From Abditibacteriaceae bacterium (GTDB lineage Bacteria > Armatimonadota > Abditibacteriia > Abditibacteriales > Abditibacteriaceae), in contig OZ255721.1 of assembly GCA_965277285.1 (NCBI GenBank), positions 3,764,132 to 3,828,131 of the forward strand: 64,000 bases of DNA, given 5' to 3'. The notes under the pieces were generated by a model. That model was not told the DNA's origin. It saw only the letters and a program-made list of their open reading frames with translations, and did not search any database. The first letter of the stretch is position 1, and each line of letters opens with the position of its first letter. The translations under genes and the position numbers were made by a program. Positions 22,921-31,810 of this stretch are shown in pieces.

Positions 22921-24264
22921 ATGAAATACGACATTTTACAAAATCAACTGGGACGGATGCGCAGCAGCGGCCTGACTATCGGTGCAATTGGCCTGGTGGT
23001 CTGGCTGATCGGTGGCGCTCTTGCGCTGCTGATGGGCGGTGGACTGGTTTCTCCCGCGACGTTTTTCTCGGCTTATCTGATTGCTTATTTGTTCTGGTTC
23101 GGCGTCACGGCAGGTTCGCTGGGCTTGCTGATGTTGCACCACATCGTCGGTGGCGGCTGGGGCTTTGTCATTCGGCGCCAGTTGGAAGCGGCGACACGCT
23201 TGTTTCCGTTCGTGGGCATCGCGTTTTTGCCGATTGCGATTTCGCTGTTCGTGCCAGCCAGCGCGAATTCTCCAGCCAGTCCACTCTATTGGTGGTACCG
23301 GGCAGAAAGCCAGCGTGATCCGATTCTGATGGAGCAAAGTCCGTATTTGAACTTGCCGTTTTTCATCGCGCGTATCTTCATTTATTTCGCAATTTTTATG
23401 TGGCTGGCGGGAACGCTCAATCGCGGTTCGCGCAAGCAAGATCAGGAAGATGACCCGAAGGTTTACGATTATCTGACCAATTTCAGTGCACGTGGCTTGC
23501 TTATTTTTACGCTCACGATGACGTTTGCAATCGTTGACTGGGTGATGTCGCTGACGCCGCACTGGTATTCTTCGATTATCGGCTTGTTGTTTGTGGTCGC
23601 GCAAGGACTTTCGACGTTCGCCTTGATGCTCGTTCTGGTTTCGGTTGTAGGCGCCAACAGCGAGGAATTGAAGGCGGCGCCGTCCGGTTATTTCCGCGAC
23701 CTGGGTAACTTGACGTTGGCGTTCGTGTTGTTGTGGGCGTATGCGTCGTTCTCGCAGTTCCTCATCACTTATTCGGGCAACACAGCCGAAGAAGCGACAT
23801 GGTATCTGCAGCGCACAACGCACGGCTGGAATTACATCGGCACGATCCTAATTTTTCTGCACTTTTTCCTGCCGCTGCTGGTGCTGATTATCGCCAGCGG
23901 CATCAAACGCAACCCGCATCGCTTGGCCAAAGTCGGCGTTTATATCATTGTGCTGCGCTTCATTGACTTGTTCTGGTGGATCGCGCCGTCGTTCCACCAA
24001 TCGCCGATGGACACCTTGACTTCGATCTGGGTTTATATCGCGGCGCCAGTTGGTTTGGGTGGAATTTGGCTATCGTTGTGGGCGAAACAGTTGTCGAATC
24101 ACTTGACGACGCGACCGTTGATGCCGAGGTTTGACCCGCGCGCCGATCACAATTGGATTATCGACAAAGACCCGCATCCGACACACGCTTCGGTCGTATC
24201 GACGACAACGGTAGTCCCGACATCGAGTACTGGAATTGGCGGAGGTGAAATCCAACATGGCTGA
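22921..24264 (+). CDS. actF: Alternative complex III ActF
   Basis: YLNLPFF, DWVMSLTPHWYS, DLGNL, WAY..FSQF. Confidence 0.9.
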   Translation: MKYDILQNQLGRMRSSGLTIGAIGLVVWLIGGALALLMGGGLVSPATFFSAYLIAYLFWFGVTAGSLGLLMLHHIVGGGWGFVIRRQLEAATRLFPFVGIAFLPIAISLFVPASANSPASPLYWWYRAESQRDPILMEQSPYLNLPFFIARIFIYFAIFMWLAGTLNRGSRKQDQEDDPKVYDYLTNFSARGLLIFTLTMTFAIVDWVMSLTPHWYSSIIGLLFVVAQGLSTFALMLVLVSVVGANSEELKAAPSGYFRDLGNLTLAFVLLWAYASFSQFLITYSGNTAEEATWYLQRTTHGWNYIGTILIFLHFFLPLLVLIIASGIKRNPHRLAKVGVYIIVLRFIDLFWWIAPSFHQSPMDTLTSIWVYIAAPVGLGGIWLSLWAKQLSNHLTTRPLMPRFDPRADHNWIIDKDPHPTHASVVSTTTVVPTSSTGIGGGEIQHG

Positions 24265-25099
24265 TATGATTCCCCAGGGCGTGCAAACCGAAGTCAATCA
24301 CGGCGGCTATGAACGTGGCGACGCCAACATTCGTTCGATTTTTATTTCGATTGGCGTTATCTTTTCACTGATTTTTGCGACCATGCTGGTGGTCGCGGGA
24401 ATGACTTATGCGTTGAACAAGCGCGAAGACAGCCATGATCTGCCGATGTCGGCGGTTTATGAAAAGCCGATTCCGCCTGAACCACGATTGTTGCCGTCGC
24501 GCGCGGCAGGCGATGGCGATCCTTACGACAAATATCCGTGGGAGTTGGGTGCGGAAGAAAAAGACGCGCAAATGAAAGCGGCCACGACGCCGTACTATAT
24601 GGATCGCGCGAGTGGACGCGTCTCGATTCCGACGAACCAGGCGATTGACTTGGTGGCAGCGCAAGGTTTGCCGTCGCGTCAGCCGCAAGGCAAAGACGAG
24701 CCGAATATGGGCGAAGACATCGCGGGACAAAATGGCAAAAGTCCTCAAGCGGCTGCGGACGCGGATTTAGACGGCTCAATGGTTCCCGATACGACAGGCG
24801 GACGCGCGATGAGCGACTTGCATATCCAAGCGCCAAGTTTGGGCGATGAGCCGCAAAACGAGGACACGACGGCCACTGAACCTTCGTCGAACAATGCAAG
24901 TGGAACAAGCGCGCCAACAACTTCGAGGACGCCGCCTGATCAGGCCAATGCTGCAGGCGCTACCAACTCTTCGATGACGCCAAGTACATCGGCGTCAAGT
25001 GCGTCTCCAACGAGTGCGTCAGCAGCGAACGCGTCTCGGGCGACGAGTGCGTCGCCTCGTGTTCCCGCGCCGAATGTGGCACCAATGGGCACACAATAA
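24257..25099 (+). CDS. Probable ActG with low-complexity tail
   Basis: One TM segment, PPEPRL, VSIP..AI; between actF and sco; GGAGGTG upstream. Confidence 0.7.
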   Translation: MADMIPQGVQTEVNHGGYERGDANIRSIFISIGVIFSLIFATMLVVAGMTYALNKREDSHDLPMSAVYEKPIPPEPRLLPSRAAGDGDPYDKYPWELGAEEKDAQMKAATTPYYMDRASGRVSIPTNQAIDLVAAQGLPSRQPQGKDEPNMGEDIAGQNGKSPQAAADADLDGSMVPDTTGGRAMSDLHIQAPSLGDEPQNEDTTATEPSSNNASGTSAPTTSRTPPDQANAAGATNSSMTPSTSASSASPTSASAANASRATSASPRVPAPNVAPMGTQ

Positions 25100-25160
25100 T
25101 TGCCGATAGTTATCAACGATATTTGAGATGTCTGCGTAGGATGTCTAAGAAGGTGCTGAA

Positions 25161-26027
25161 ATGACGATGAAGTTTTTGAAAAAATGGAGTTGGGCAGCGC
25201 TCGGTTTATCGCTTTTGAGTACTCGAAGTGCGGCTTTGGCGCACGGCGATGAGATCGGTGAACTGGATCACGATACGCCTAAGGCGTTGATGGCTCAGGT
25301 CGGCATCACGCAGAAGATGGATAATCAGGCGCCGCTAGACGCGACCTTTACCGACGAAAATGGAAAAGCTGTCAAATTCGGCCAGTATTTCGGTCAGAAA
25401 CCCGTCATGCTGAACTTGATTTCGTACACTTGCACACAGGTTTGCACAGCGGAAGCCGAAGTGTTGCAAAGCACCTTGAAAGATTTGCCGTTTCGCGTTG
25501 GCAAAGAATTCAATATGGTGACGGTCAGCATTGATCCGCGCGAAACGACCGCAATGGCGCAGGCGCACAAAGAAGAAAGCCTGCAAAATTACGGTCATAA
25601 AGACAGTGCGAATGGCTGGCATTTTCTGACGGGTAACGAAAAGTCAATCAAGGCTTTGGCAGATAGCGTTGGTTTTCGTTATGTCTATGATCCGGCGAGC
25701 AAAGAGTATTTGCATCCCGACGGCTTGATTATTCTGACGCCCGATGGCCGTGTATCGCGCTACTTTTACCGCTTGAATTATCCTGTGCGCGATGTGAAGT
25801 TTGGCTTGATGGAAGCGTCACAGAACAAGATCGGTTCGCCGCTGGAGTATTTTGCGCTGACCTGTTTTCACTACAACCCGACAACGGGCACTTATGATGT
25901 CGCCATTACCGCGATTTTGCGCTTGGCAGGAATTGCGACGGTCTTAGGCATGGCTTTGGGAATCTGGATGATGTTGCGCGCGGAAAAGAAACGTAACTTG
26001 CGCAGTCTGGAACCGCAGGGCATTTAG
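25161..26027 (+). CDS. SCO family copper chaperone
   Basis: CxxxC (CTQVC), VSIDP, WHFLTG, conserved His. Confidence 0.9.
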   Translation: MTMKFLKKWSWAALGLSLLSTRSAALAHGDEIGELDHDTPKALMAQVGITQKMDNQAPLDATFTDENGKAVKFGQYFGQKPVMLNLISYTCTQVCTAEAEVLQSTLKDLPFRVGKEFNMVTVSIDPRETTAMAQAHKEESLQNYGHKDSANGWHFLTGNEKSIKALADSVGFRYVYDPASKEYLHPDGLIILTPDGRVSRYFYRLNYPVRDVKFGLMEASQNKIGSPLEYFALTCFHYNPTTGTYDVAITAILRLAGIATVLGMALGIWMMLRAEKKRNLRSLEPQGI

Positions 26028-26161
26028 GATCGAGTACTCGATAAGCGGCGAATTCAAGCATAAGCGTGGGAGACGTTGTAAACATATCGCCCTTGCTGAC
26101 GCTTCGGGTTCGTGGAAATAGTTAGCTTTGTCGTGTTGTTTGAAAAGGAACGAGAGCATTT

Positions 26162-27643
26162 ATGAACTTTTTAATGCCGTTCATGCCCCCGCAGGCATCC
26201 ACTGTTGCCGGGCAAGTGGACGATTTGATGGCAGGTATTACCCTGATCGGGTTTGCGTTCGCGCTGGGCGTGGCGCTCGTCGTCATCGGTTTTACGGTGC
26301 GCTATCGTCGTGGCACGCGCGTCAACCGCGTTTTGCCGGGGCATGAAGGCATTGCGCTCGAACTGACGTGGACGATCATTCCGCTCATCATTTGTATGGG
26401 AATGTTTGTCTGGTCTACCAGTGTTTATTTCACGTTGATTCGCGCGCCCAAAGATTCGATGGAAGTGTATGTCGTGGGCAAGCAGTGGATGTGGAAATTG
26501 CAGCAGCCGAACGGTCGCTGGGAAATGAACGAATTGCACGTTCCTGTCGGGCGTCCCGTCAAGCTGACGATGATTTCGGAAGATGTGATTCATGACTTTT
26601 TCGTCCCGGCCTTCCGCGTCAAGATGGACGTGGTGCCCGGACGTTATACGACATTGTGGTTTCAGGCGACTCAAACCGGCAAGTTTCATATTTTTTGTTC
26701 GCAATACTGTGGCACCAACCACGCGATTATGGGCGGTTACGTTCATGTGATGGAACCAGCGGATTATCAGCGCTGGCTGCAGCAAGGCACACCAAACACT
26801 TCGTTCGCTTCGGCGGGAGAACGCTTGTTCCGCGATCTGGGTTGCACTGGCTGTCACGGCCCGAACGCCAGCGTGCGTGCGCCGAACCTGGAAGGTATTT
26901 ACAACCAGAACGTCGCGGTGCAGATTCCGGGCGGCGGCACAACGGTCGAGAAAGCGGATTATCGTTATTTGCACGATTCGATTATTCTGCCGGAAAAAGA
27001 GATTGCTGCCGGTTATCAACCGATTATGCCGAGTTTCAAAGGTCGCGTGACCGAAGAACAAGTTTTGCAGTTGATCGATTACATCAAGAGTTTGGGCACC
27101 AGCAACGGCACCAGCAACAACGCCGCGAAATCGTATGGCGTAAATAGCGAAACGGGAAGCGGCGCCAATGTCGGCGCGGCAAGTCAGCAGGGCGACGTGG
27201 AATCGGCCACTGAAGATCGCAGCGGCAGCGGACGCAAAGGCAATCCGACGGGCGACATGGCCAACATCTTGAACCGCGAAACGGTTTATGGTGGCGGCGG
27301 CGATCAGGCCACAGTCGAAGCGAGCGGCAGCGGTCGCAAAGGCAACCCGACGGGCGATATGGCCGACATCCGCGACCGCGAAGCGATTTATCGCAGTGGC
27401 ACAACGCCAAGCAGCGGCGGCAGCGATCTGGCTGATAATAGCGCGGGCGGACTGCGCGCTGACGCTTACAATCGTCCTGGCCTGAACCCTTACACCTCGA
27501 AAAGCTACGCGCAGAGTTCGGGACACGCTTATTCGGGTCTGACGCCTGGGAATGGTGTGACGCCGCCGATCCAAGGTCAAGTCAACAGCGACAATATCAC
27601 GCGTGGCTCAATTGAGCGCTCGAATAGCAACAATAGTCAATGA
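26162..27643 (+). CDS. coxB: Cytochrome c oxidase subunit II with fused cytochrome c and long C-terminal extension
   Basis: DVIHDFF, CSQYCGTNHAIM (CuA), CTGCH. Confidence 0.93.
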   Translation: MNFLMPFMPPQASTVAGQVDDLMAGITLIGFAFALGVALVVIGFTVRYRRGTRVNRVLPGHEGIALELTWTIIPLIICMGMFVWSTSVYFTLIRAPKDSMEVYVVGKQWMWKLQQPNGRWEMNELHVPVGRPVKLTMISEDVIHDFFVPAFRVKMDVVPGRYTTLWFQATQTGKFHIFCSQYCGTNHAIMGGYVHVMEPADYQRWLQQGTPNTSFASAGERLFRDLGCTGCHGPNASVRAPNLEGIYNQNVAVQIPGGGTTVEKADYRYLHDSIILPEKEIAAGYQPIMPSFKGRVTEEQVLQLIDYIKSLGTSNGTSNNAAKSYGVNSETGSGANVGAASQQGDVESATEDRSGSGRKGNPTGDMANILNRETVYGGGGDQATVEASGSGRKGNPTGDMADIRDREAIYRSGTTPSSGGSDLADNSAGGLRADAYNRPGLNPYTSKSYAQSSGHAYSGLTPGNGVTPPIQGQVNSDNITRGSIERSNSNNSQ

Positions 27644-27734
27644 CCCAGCAGTTAATGAACAACGCGAAAGAACACAGTTGTGCCGCGGTTTCGAGTACTC
27701 GATAGCAGGTTGAAACCACGGAAAGGAACGTTCG

Positions 27735-29528
27735 ATGAAAAGTGCATCATTCAATAACCCGGGGATTCTGGCCGAGCCAGGCGTGCGTCCTGAAGTGCCG
27801 ATTGAACTTCAGGGCAACACGGCGGCTTACCCACGCGAAAATTACCTCACCAACGGCTATAGCTGGCAGTCGTGGCTGTTCACTGTCGATCATAAGCGTA
27901 TCGCCATCATGTACTTGATTTCGATCACCTTCATGTTTATGATTGGCGGCGCGGCGGCGGGTTTGGTGCGCTATAACCTGCTGGCGCCACAAGGTTTGCT
28001 GGGCGCCGAAGATTACAATCGCGCCTTTACGACGCATGGCGCGGTCATGGTTTTCTTCTTCCTGGTGCCATCCATTCCGGCTGTGCTGGGCAACTTTCTC
28101 GTGCCAATGATGATCGGCGCGAAAGACCTCGCCTTTCCCAAAATCAACCTGCTGTCGTGGTATCTGTACATGATCGGAGGTACCATAACGCTGTGGGCTT
28201 TGTTTTATGGCGGCGTCGATACGGGCTGGACATTTTACGCGCCTTATAGCAGCGTTTATGCGAACGGCAACGTGGTGTGGGCGGTTGTTGGGATCTTCCT
28301 GGCCGGGTTTAGTTCGATTTTGACAGGCTTGAACTTCATCGTTACGATTCACAAAATGCGCGCGCCCGGCCTGACATGGTTCCGCCTGCCAGTTTTTATC
28401 TGGTCGCATTATGCGGCGAGCTTGATCATGGTATTGGGAACTCCGGTCGTTGCAATCGCGTTGTTGCTGCTTTTGGTTGAGCGCGTGACAGCAATGATGG
28501 GCGCGCCTGTGGGCATCTTTAACCCGAAACTGGGCGGCGATCCCGTACTCTTCCAGCACTTGTTCTGGTTTTATTCGCATCCCGCGGTTTACATCATGAT
28601 TCTGCCGTCCATGGCAGTTATTAGCGAAATCATTCCGTGTTTTTCGCGCAAGCCGATCTTTGGCTACAAGTTCATCGCGTTTTCTAGCCTGGCGATTGCC
28701 ATTTTGAGCTTCCTTGTCTGGGGACATCATATGTTCTTGTCCTCGCAATCGCCGTATGCGGGCATGGTATTTTCGCTGCTGTCGTTTTTGGTGGCGGTGC
28801 CTTCGGCAATCAAGGTCTTCAACTGGACGGCGACACTTTATAAAGGCTCGATTCGTTTGCAAACTCCGATGATTTACGCGTTGGGTTTCATCGGCTTGTT
28901 TACTATTGGCGGCTTGACGGGAATGCACCTGGCGGCAATGGGGACGGACGTTCACCTGCATGACACGTATTTCATTATTGCGCACTTCCACTTCATCATG
29001 GTCGGCGGCGCGATGATGGGATTTTTGGGTGGCTTGCACTTCTGGTGGCCGAAAATGACGGGGCGTTTATATCCGGAAAACTGGGGACGCGCGGCAGCGA
29101 TCATCCTGTTCATCGGCTTCTTCGTGACGTTCGTGCCGCAGTTCGTGATTGGAACAGCGGGCATGAACCGCCGCTATCATGCGTATGCGCCAGAGTTTCA
29201 ATATGGCAATATCATGTCGAGCGCCGGTTCGACAATTATGCTGGTTGGCTACCTGTTGCCGTTCTTTTATCTGCTGTGGAGCTTGAAGCGTGGCGAAATC
29301 GCTGGCCCAAATCCGTGGGGCGCGACTGGTTTGGAATGGCAGACACCCAGTCCGCCGCCGACTTTGAATTTTGATCATACGCCGGTCGTGACTTCGGGTC
29401 CCTATGCGTATTCGGCGGTTGAATCGGAACGTATCGGCGAAAAGGCGGATCGTTTGGCGCAGGAAATCCGTTTGCGAGTACTCGCGGAAGAAGCCGAGCG
29501 TCCTGTGGAGGCGAATGAACTTGACTGA
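27735..29528 (+). CDS. coxA: Cytochrome c oxidase subunit I (A2-type YSHP)
   Basis: [30 protein letters not shown]. Confidence 0.97.
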   Translation: MKSASFNNPGILAEPGVRPEVPIELQGNTAAYPRENYLTNGYSWQSWLFTVDHKRIAIMYLISITFMFMIGGAAAGLVRYNLLAPQGLLGAEDYNRAFTTHGAVMVFFFLVPSIPAVLGNFLVPMMIGAKDLAFPKINLLSWYLYMIGGTITLWALFYGGVDTGWTFYAPYSSVYANGNVVWAVVGIFLAGFSSILTGLNFIVTIHKMRAPGLTWFRLPVFIWSHYAASLIMVLGTPVVAIALLLLLVERVTAMMGAPVGIFNPKLGGDPVLFQHLFWFYSHPAVYIMILPSMAVISEIIPCFSRKPIFGYKFIAFSSLAIAILSFLVWGHHMFLSSQSPYAGMVFSLLSFLVAVPSAIKVFNWTATLYKGSIRLQTPMIYALGFIGLFTIGGLTGMHLAAMGTDVHLHDTYFIIAHFHFIMVGGAMMGFLGGLHFWWPKMTGRLYPENWGRAAAIILFIGFFVTFVPQFVIGTAGMNRRYHAYAPEFQYGNIMSSAGSTIMLVGYLLPFFYLLWSLKRGEIAGPNPWGATGLEWQTPSPPPTLNFDHTPVVTSGPYAYSAVESERIGEKADRLAQEIRLRVLAEEAERPVEANELD

Positions 29529-30336
29529 AAACGCAATGGTCGCGCCGCCAATTGAACGAGCGCATCCCGTTGAAACATCGCATAACGCCCACGACGATCA
29601 TGGCGGTCATAGTCTGCTGCACCATCATTTCGATGATATGGCGCAGCAGCGTGAGGCGACCAGTTTGGGAATGTGGACGTTTCTGGTTACCGAAGTGATG
29701 ATGTTCGGCGCACTGGTTTTTGCCTACACGCTTTATCGCCACTTTTACTATCCGGCGTTTGTGGCGGGTAGCCATCACCTGAATATCGCGGCGGGCACGA
29801 TCAACACTTTTGTGCTGCTGGGCTCCAGTTTCACCATGGTATTGGCAGTGCGTTGCGCGCAGCTCAAGATGAAGAAAGGCTTGGTGGGTTGGCTGATTGT
29901 CACCATGCTATTCGGTGTTGCCTTTTTGGGAATTAAAGCTTACGAGTGGCACGCCGATTATGAAGAAGGTTTAGTGCCTGCACTCCATTGGAACCCGGGC
30001 AGTGGCGAAAGCGAGACTTCAAAGTCGCAGCAATTTACGTCAGGAACGACGGCGGGTTCATCGGTTTACGACGGGAATTACGGCAAGCTCATCAACAAAG
30101 ACAATATGCAGTTGTATTTTGTCTTGTATTTCTGCATGACTGGCTTGCACGCGATTCACATGATTATCGGTCTGGGCATCGTCGGGACGATGACGTGGAT
30201 GGCGCACAAAGGGCGATTTACCAACGGTAACGATCAGCCAATTGAATTGGTCGGCTTGTATTGGCACTTCGTCGACATCGTGTGGATTTTCCTGTTTCCT
30301 CTCTTGTATTTAATCGGAGGCCATCGTGTCGGCTAA
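29515..30336 (+). CDS. coxC: Cytochrome c oxidase subunit III
   Basis: [30 protein letters not shown]. Confidence 0.93.
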   Translation: MNLTENAMVAPPIERAHPVETSHNAHDDHGGHSLLHHHFDDMAQQREATSLGMWTFLVTEVMMFGALVFAYTLYRHFYYPAFVAGSHHLNIAAGTINTFVLLGSSFTMVLAVRCAQLKMKKGLVGWLIVTMLFGVAFLGIKAYEWHADYEEGLVPALHWNPGSGESETSKSQQFTSGTTAGSSVYDGNYGKLINKDNMQLYFVLYFCMTGLHAIHMIIGLGIVGTMTWMAHKGRFTNGNDQPIELVGLYWHFVDIVWIFLFPLLYLIGGHRVG

Positions 30337-30835
30337 AGAACAAACTCCTTCCCTCAAAGAAACTCAGGACGCCAAATCGCAGCAGACGGATCGTGCGCAA
30401 TTAGCCGAACCTGCAGGCGGCGCGGTGGCGGTGCGCGAAGGCTTGGCGCCGCGCCATGAACCCGCCTCCGGCGAAGAACGTGATGCCTTGCACGACAACA
30501 GCGGACACACCGATCACGGCGACGAAACGCATCACATCGTTTCGCTGGCAACCTATTTTGCGGTTTTCGGCGGCCTGATGGTGCTGCTGGTGATGACGCT
30601 GGTCGTCTACTTCTTCATGGACTTGTCGCACATTTGGGGGCCAGCCAACATCATCGTAGCGATGATTATCGCGGTCGCCAAGGCGTTGTTGGTTATCCTG
30701 TTTTTCATGCACGTCAAATACAGTTCTAAGCTGACGTGGATTTTTTCGGGCACCGCGTTCGTCTTCGTCTTCATCATGTTCCTGCTGACGATGAACGATT
30801 ACTTCACACGCGGTCTGATCGACGCCGGACATTGA
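30326..30835 (+). CDS. coxD: Cytochrome c oxidase subunit IV family
   Basis: [14 protein letters not shown]; three TM segments. Confidence 0.85.
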   Translation: MSAKEQTPSLKETQDAKSQQTDRAQLAEPAGGAVAVREGLAPRHEPASGEERDALHDNSGHTDHGDETHHIVSLATYFAVFGGLMVLLVMTLVVYFFMDLSHIWGPANIIVAMIIAVAKALLVILFFMHVKYSSKLTWIFSGTAFVFVFIMFLLTMNDYFTRGLIDAGH

Positions 30836-30849
30836 AACCTGCAATAAAA

Positions 30850-30894
30850 ACCACAGAAGTCGAGTACTCGAATTGAGTACTCGACTTCTGTGGT
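30850..30894. terminator. Hairpin built from two GAGTACTC palindromes at the end of the cox operon
   Basis: ACCACAGAAGTCGAGTACTC-GAATT-GAGTACTCGACTTCTGTGGT. Confidence 0.75.
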
Positions 30895-30918
30895 CTTATC
30901 TATTTACAAACAGGACAA

Positions 30919-31353
30919 TTAAGGAATGGACTCAACTAATCTAATCAAGCTCCAACGGAAATTCCAAGTCATTACCACGGTTCTGTCCTCAAAGAAAACA
31001 ACAACTTGCGCTCGAATATCTTGGTAGCGCTGAAAGAAACTCTCCACCAAATCTGCAACGACATACGCGGATTCATAGTGAATAAATTCATCATTTGGAG
31101 CAGGATAAGAGTACTTCATGCAAACTGTTTCGTGAGAACCCATCTGTTCCTCAAAAAAGTCGAGGTTCTGTTGGACAGCCCGATAGAAGGCAGGAAAGTT
31201 ACTGTAAGCAATGGCAAGGTTATACATCGGCTTTTCGAAAATTGGTTGAGGCACTGGCGTAAATAACAGGATGAAAATATTGTCCTGTAAGTCCACTAAC
31301 TTGGCTGTCATCATTATAAAATACCGCCAACCAAACTGTCGGCTCTTCTGCAC
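30919..31353 (-). CDS. Hypothetical protein (low GC)
   Basis: ORF only; start uncertain. Confidence 0.45.
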   Translation of the reverse strand: MQKSRQFGWRYFIMMTAKLVDLQDNIFILLFTPVPQPIFEKPMYNLAIAYSNFPAFYRAVQQNLDFFEEQMGSHETVCMKYSYPAPNDEFIHYESAYVVADLVESFFQRYQDIRAQVVVFFEDRTVVMTWNFRWSLIRLVESIP

Positions 31354-31624
31354 TTGTCCATTCGACGCGATGGCGAACGTGCGCCGGAATGTTCAAATAA
31401 TCGCCGCGTTCGAGTACTCGAACTTCAGTTTCGTCTTCAAAACGCAAGGCAGCACGGCCTTGTAAAAGCAAAATCCATTCGCCTTCATCCTGGTCGTACC
31501 ATTCGTTGTGCGGCGTGGCTTGTTCATTGGAAACGATGCGCTCAATGCGAATGTTCGGCGACTGCAAAAGCGTCTCGAAAAGTTCTTCGGTTGCGTTTTG
31601 CGGAATGTCCTTGAAGATATTCAT
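31220..31624 (-). CDS. Cupin domain protein
   Basis: RIERIVS, WYDQDEGEW, IPAHVRHRVEWT, WLAVFY. Confidence 0.85.
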   Translation of the reverse strand: MNIFKDIPQNATEELFETLLQSPNIRIERIVSNEQATPHNEWYDQDEGEWILLLQGRAALRFEDETEVRVLERGDYLNIPAHVRHRVEWTSAEEPTVWLAVFYNDDSQVSGLTGQYFHPVIYASASTNFRKADV

Positions 31625-31724
31625 GAATGCGTTTTGCCTCGCGGGTGCAGAAGTTATAAAATGAAATGTCGGCGTTTGCAATTATTCAATTATTTTCCGG
31701 CGAAAGCAGCGATGAGCAATAAGT

Positions 31725-31753
31725 GTACGGGCGATTCGGCGAATCGCCCGTAC
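31725..31753. repeat. GTAC-ended REP-like palindrome
   Basis: GTACGGGCGATTCGGCGAATCGCCCGTAC. Confidence 0.7.
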
Positions 31754-31810
31754 GTTGCGCCACATCCTCTTATACACTTCTTTTTCTCATATTCCGTGAG
31801 CTAACTTTTT

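Noticed and set aside
31625..31810. T-box leader before ileS
   Set aside because: The region is short, partly occupied by a REP-like palindrome, and shows no T-box consensus.
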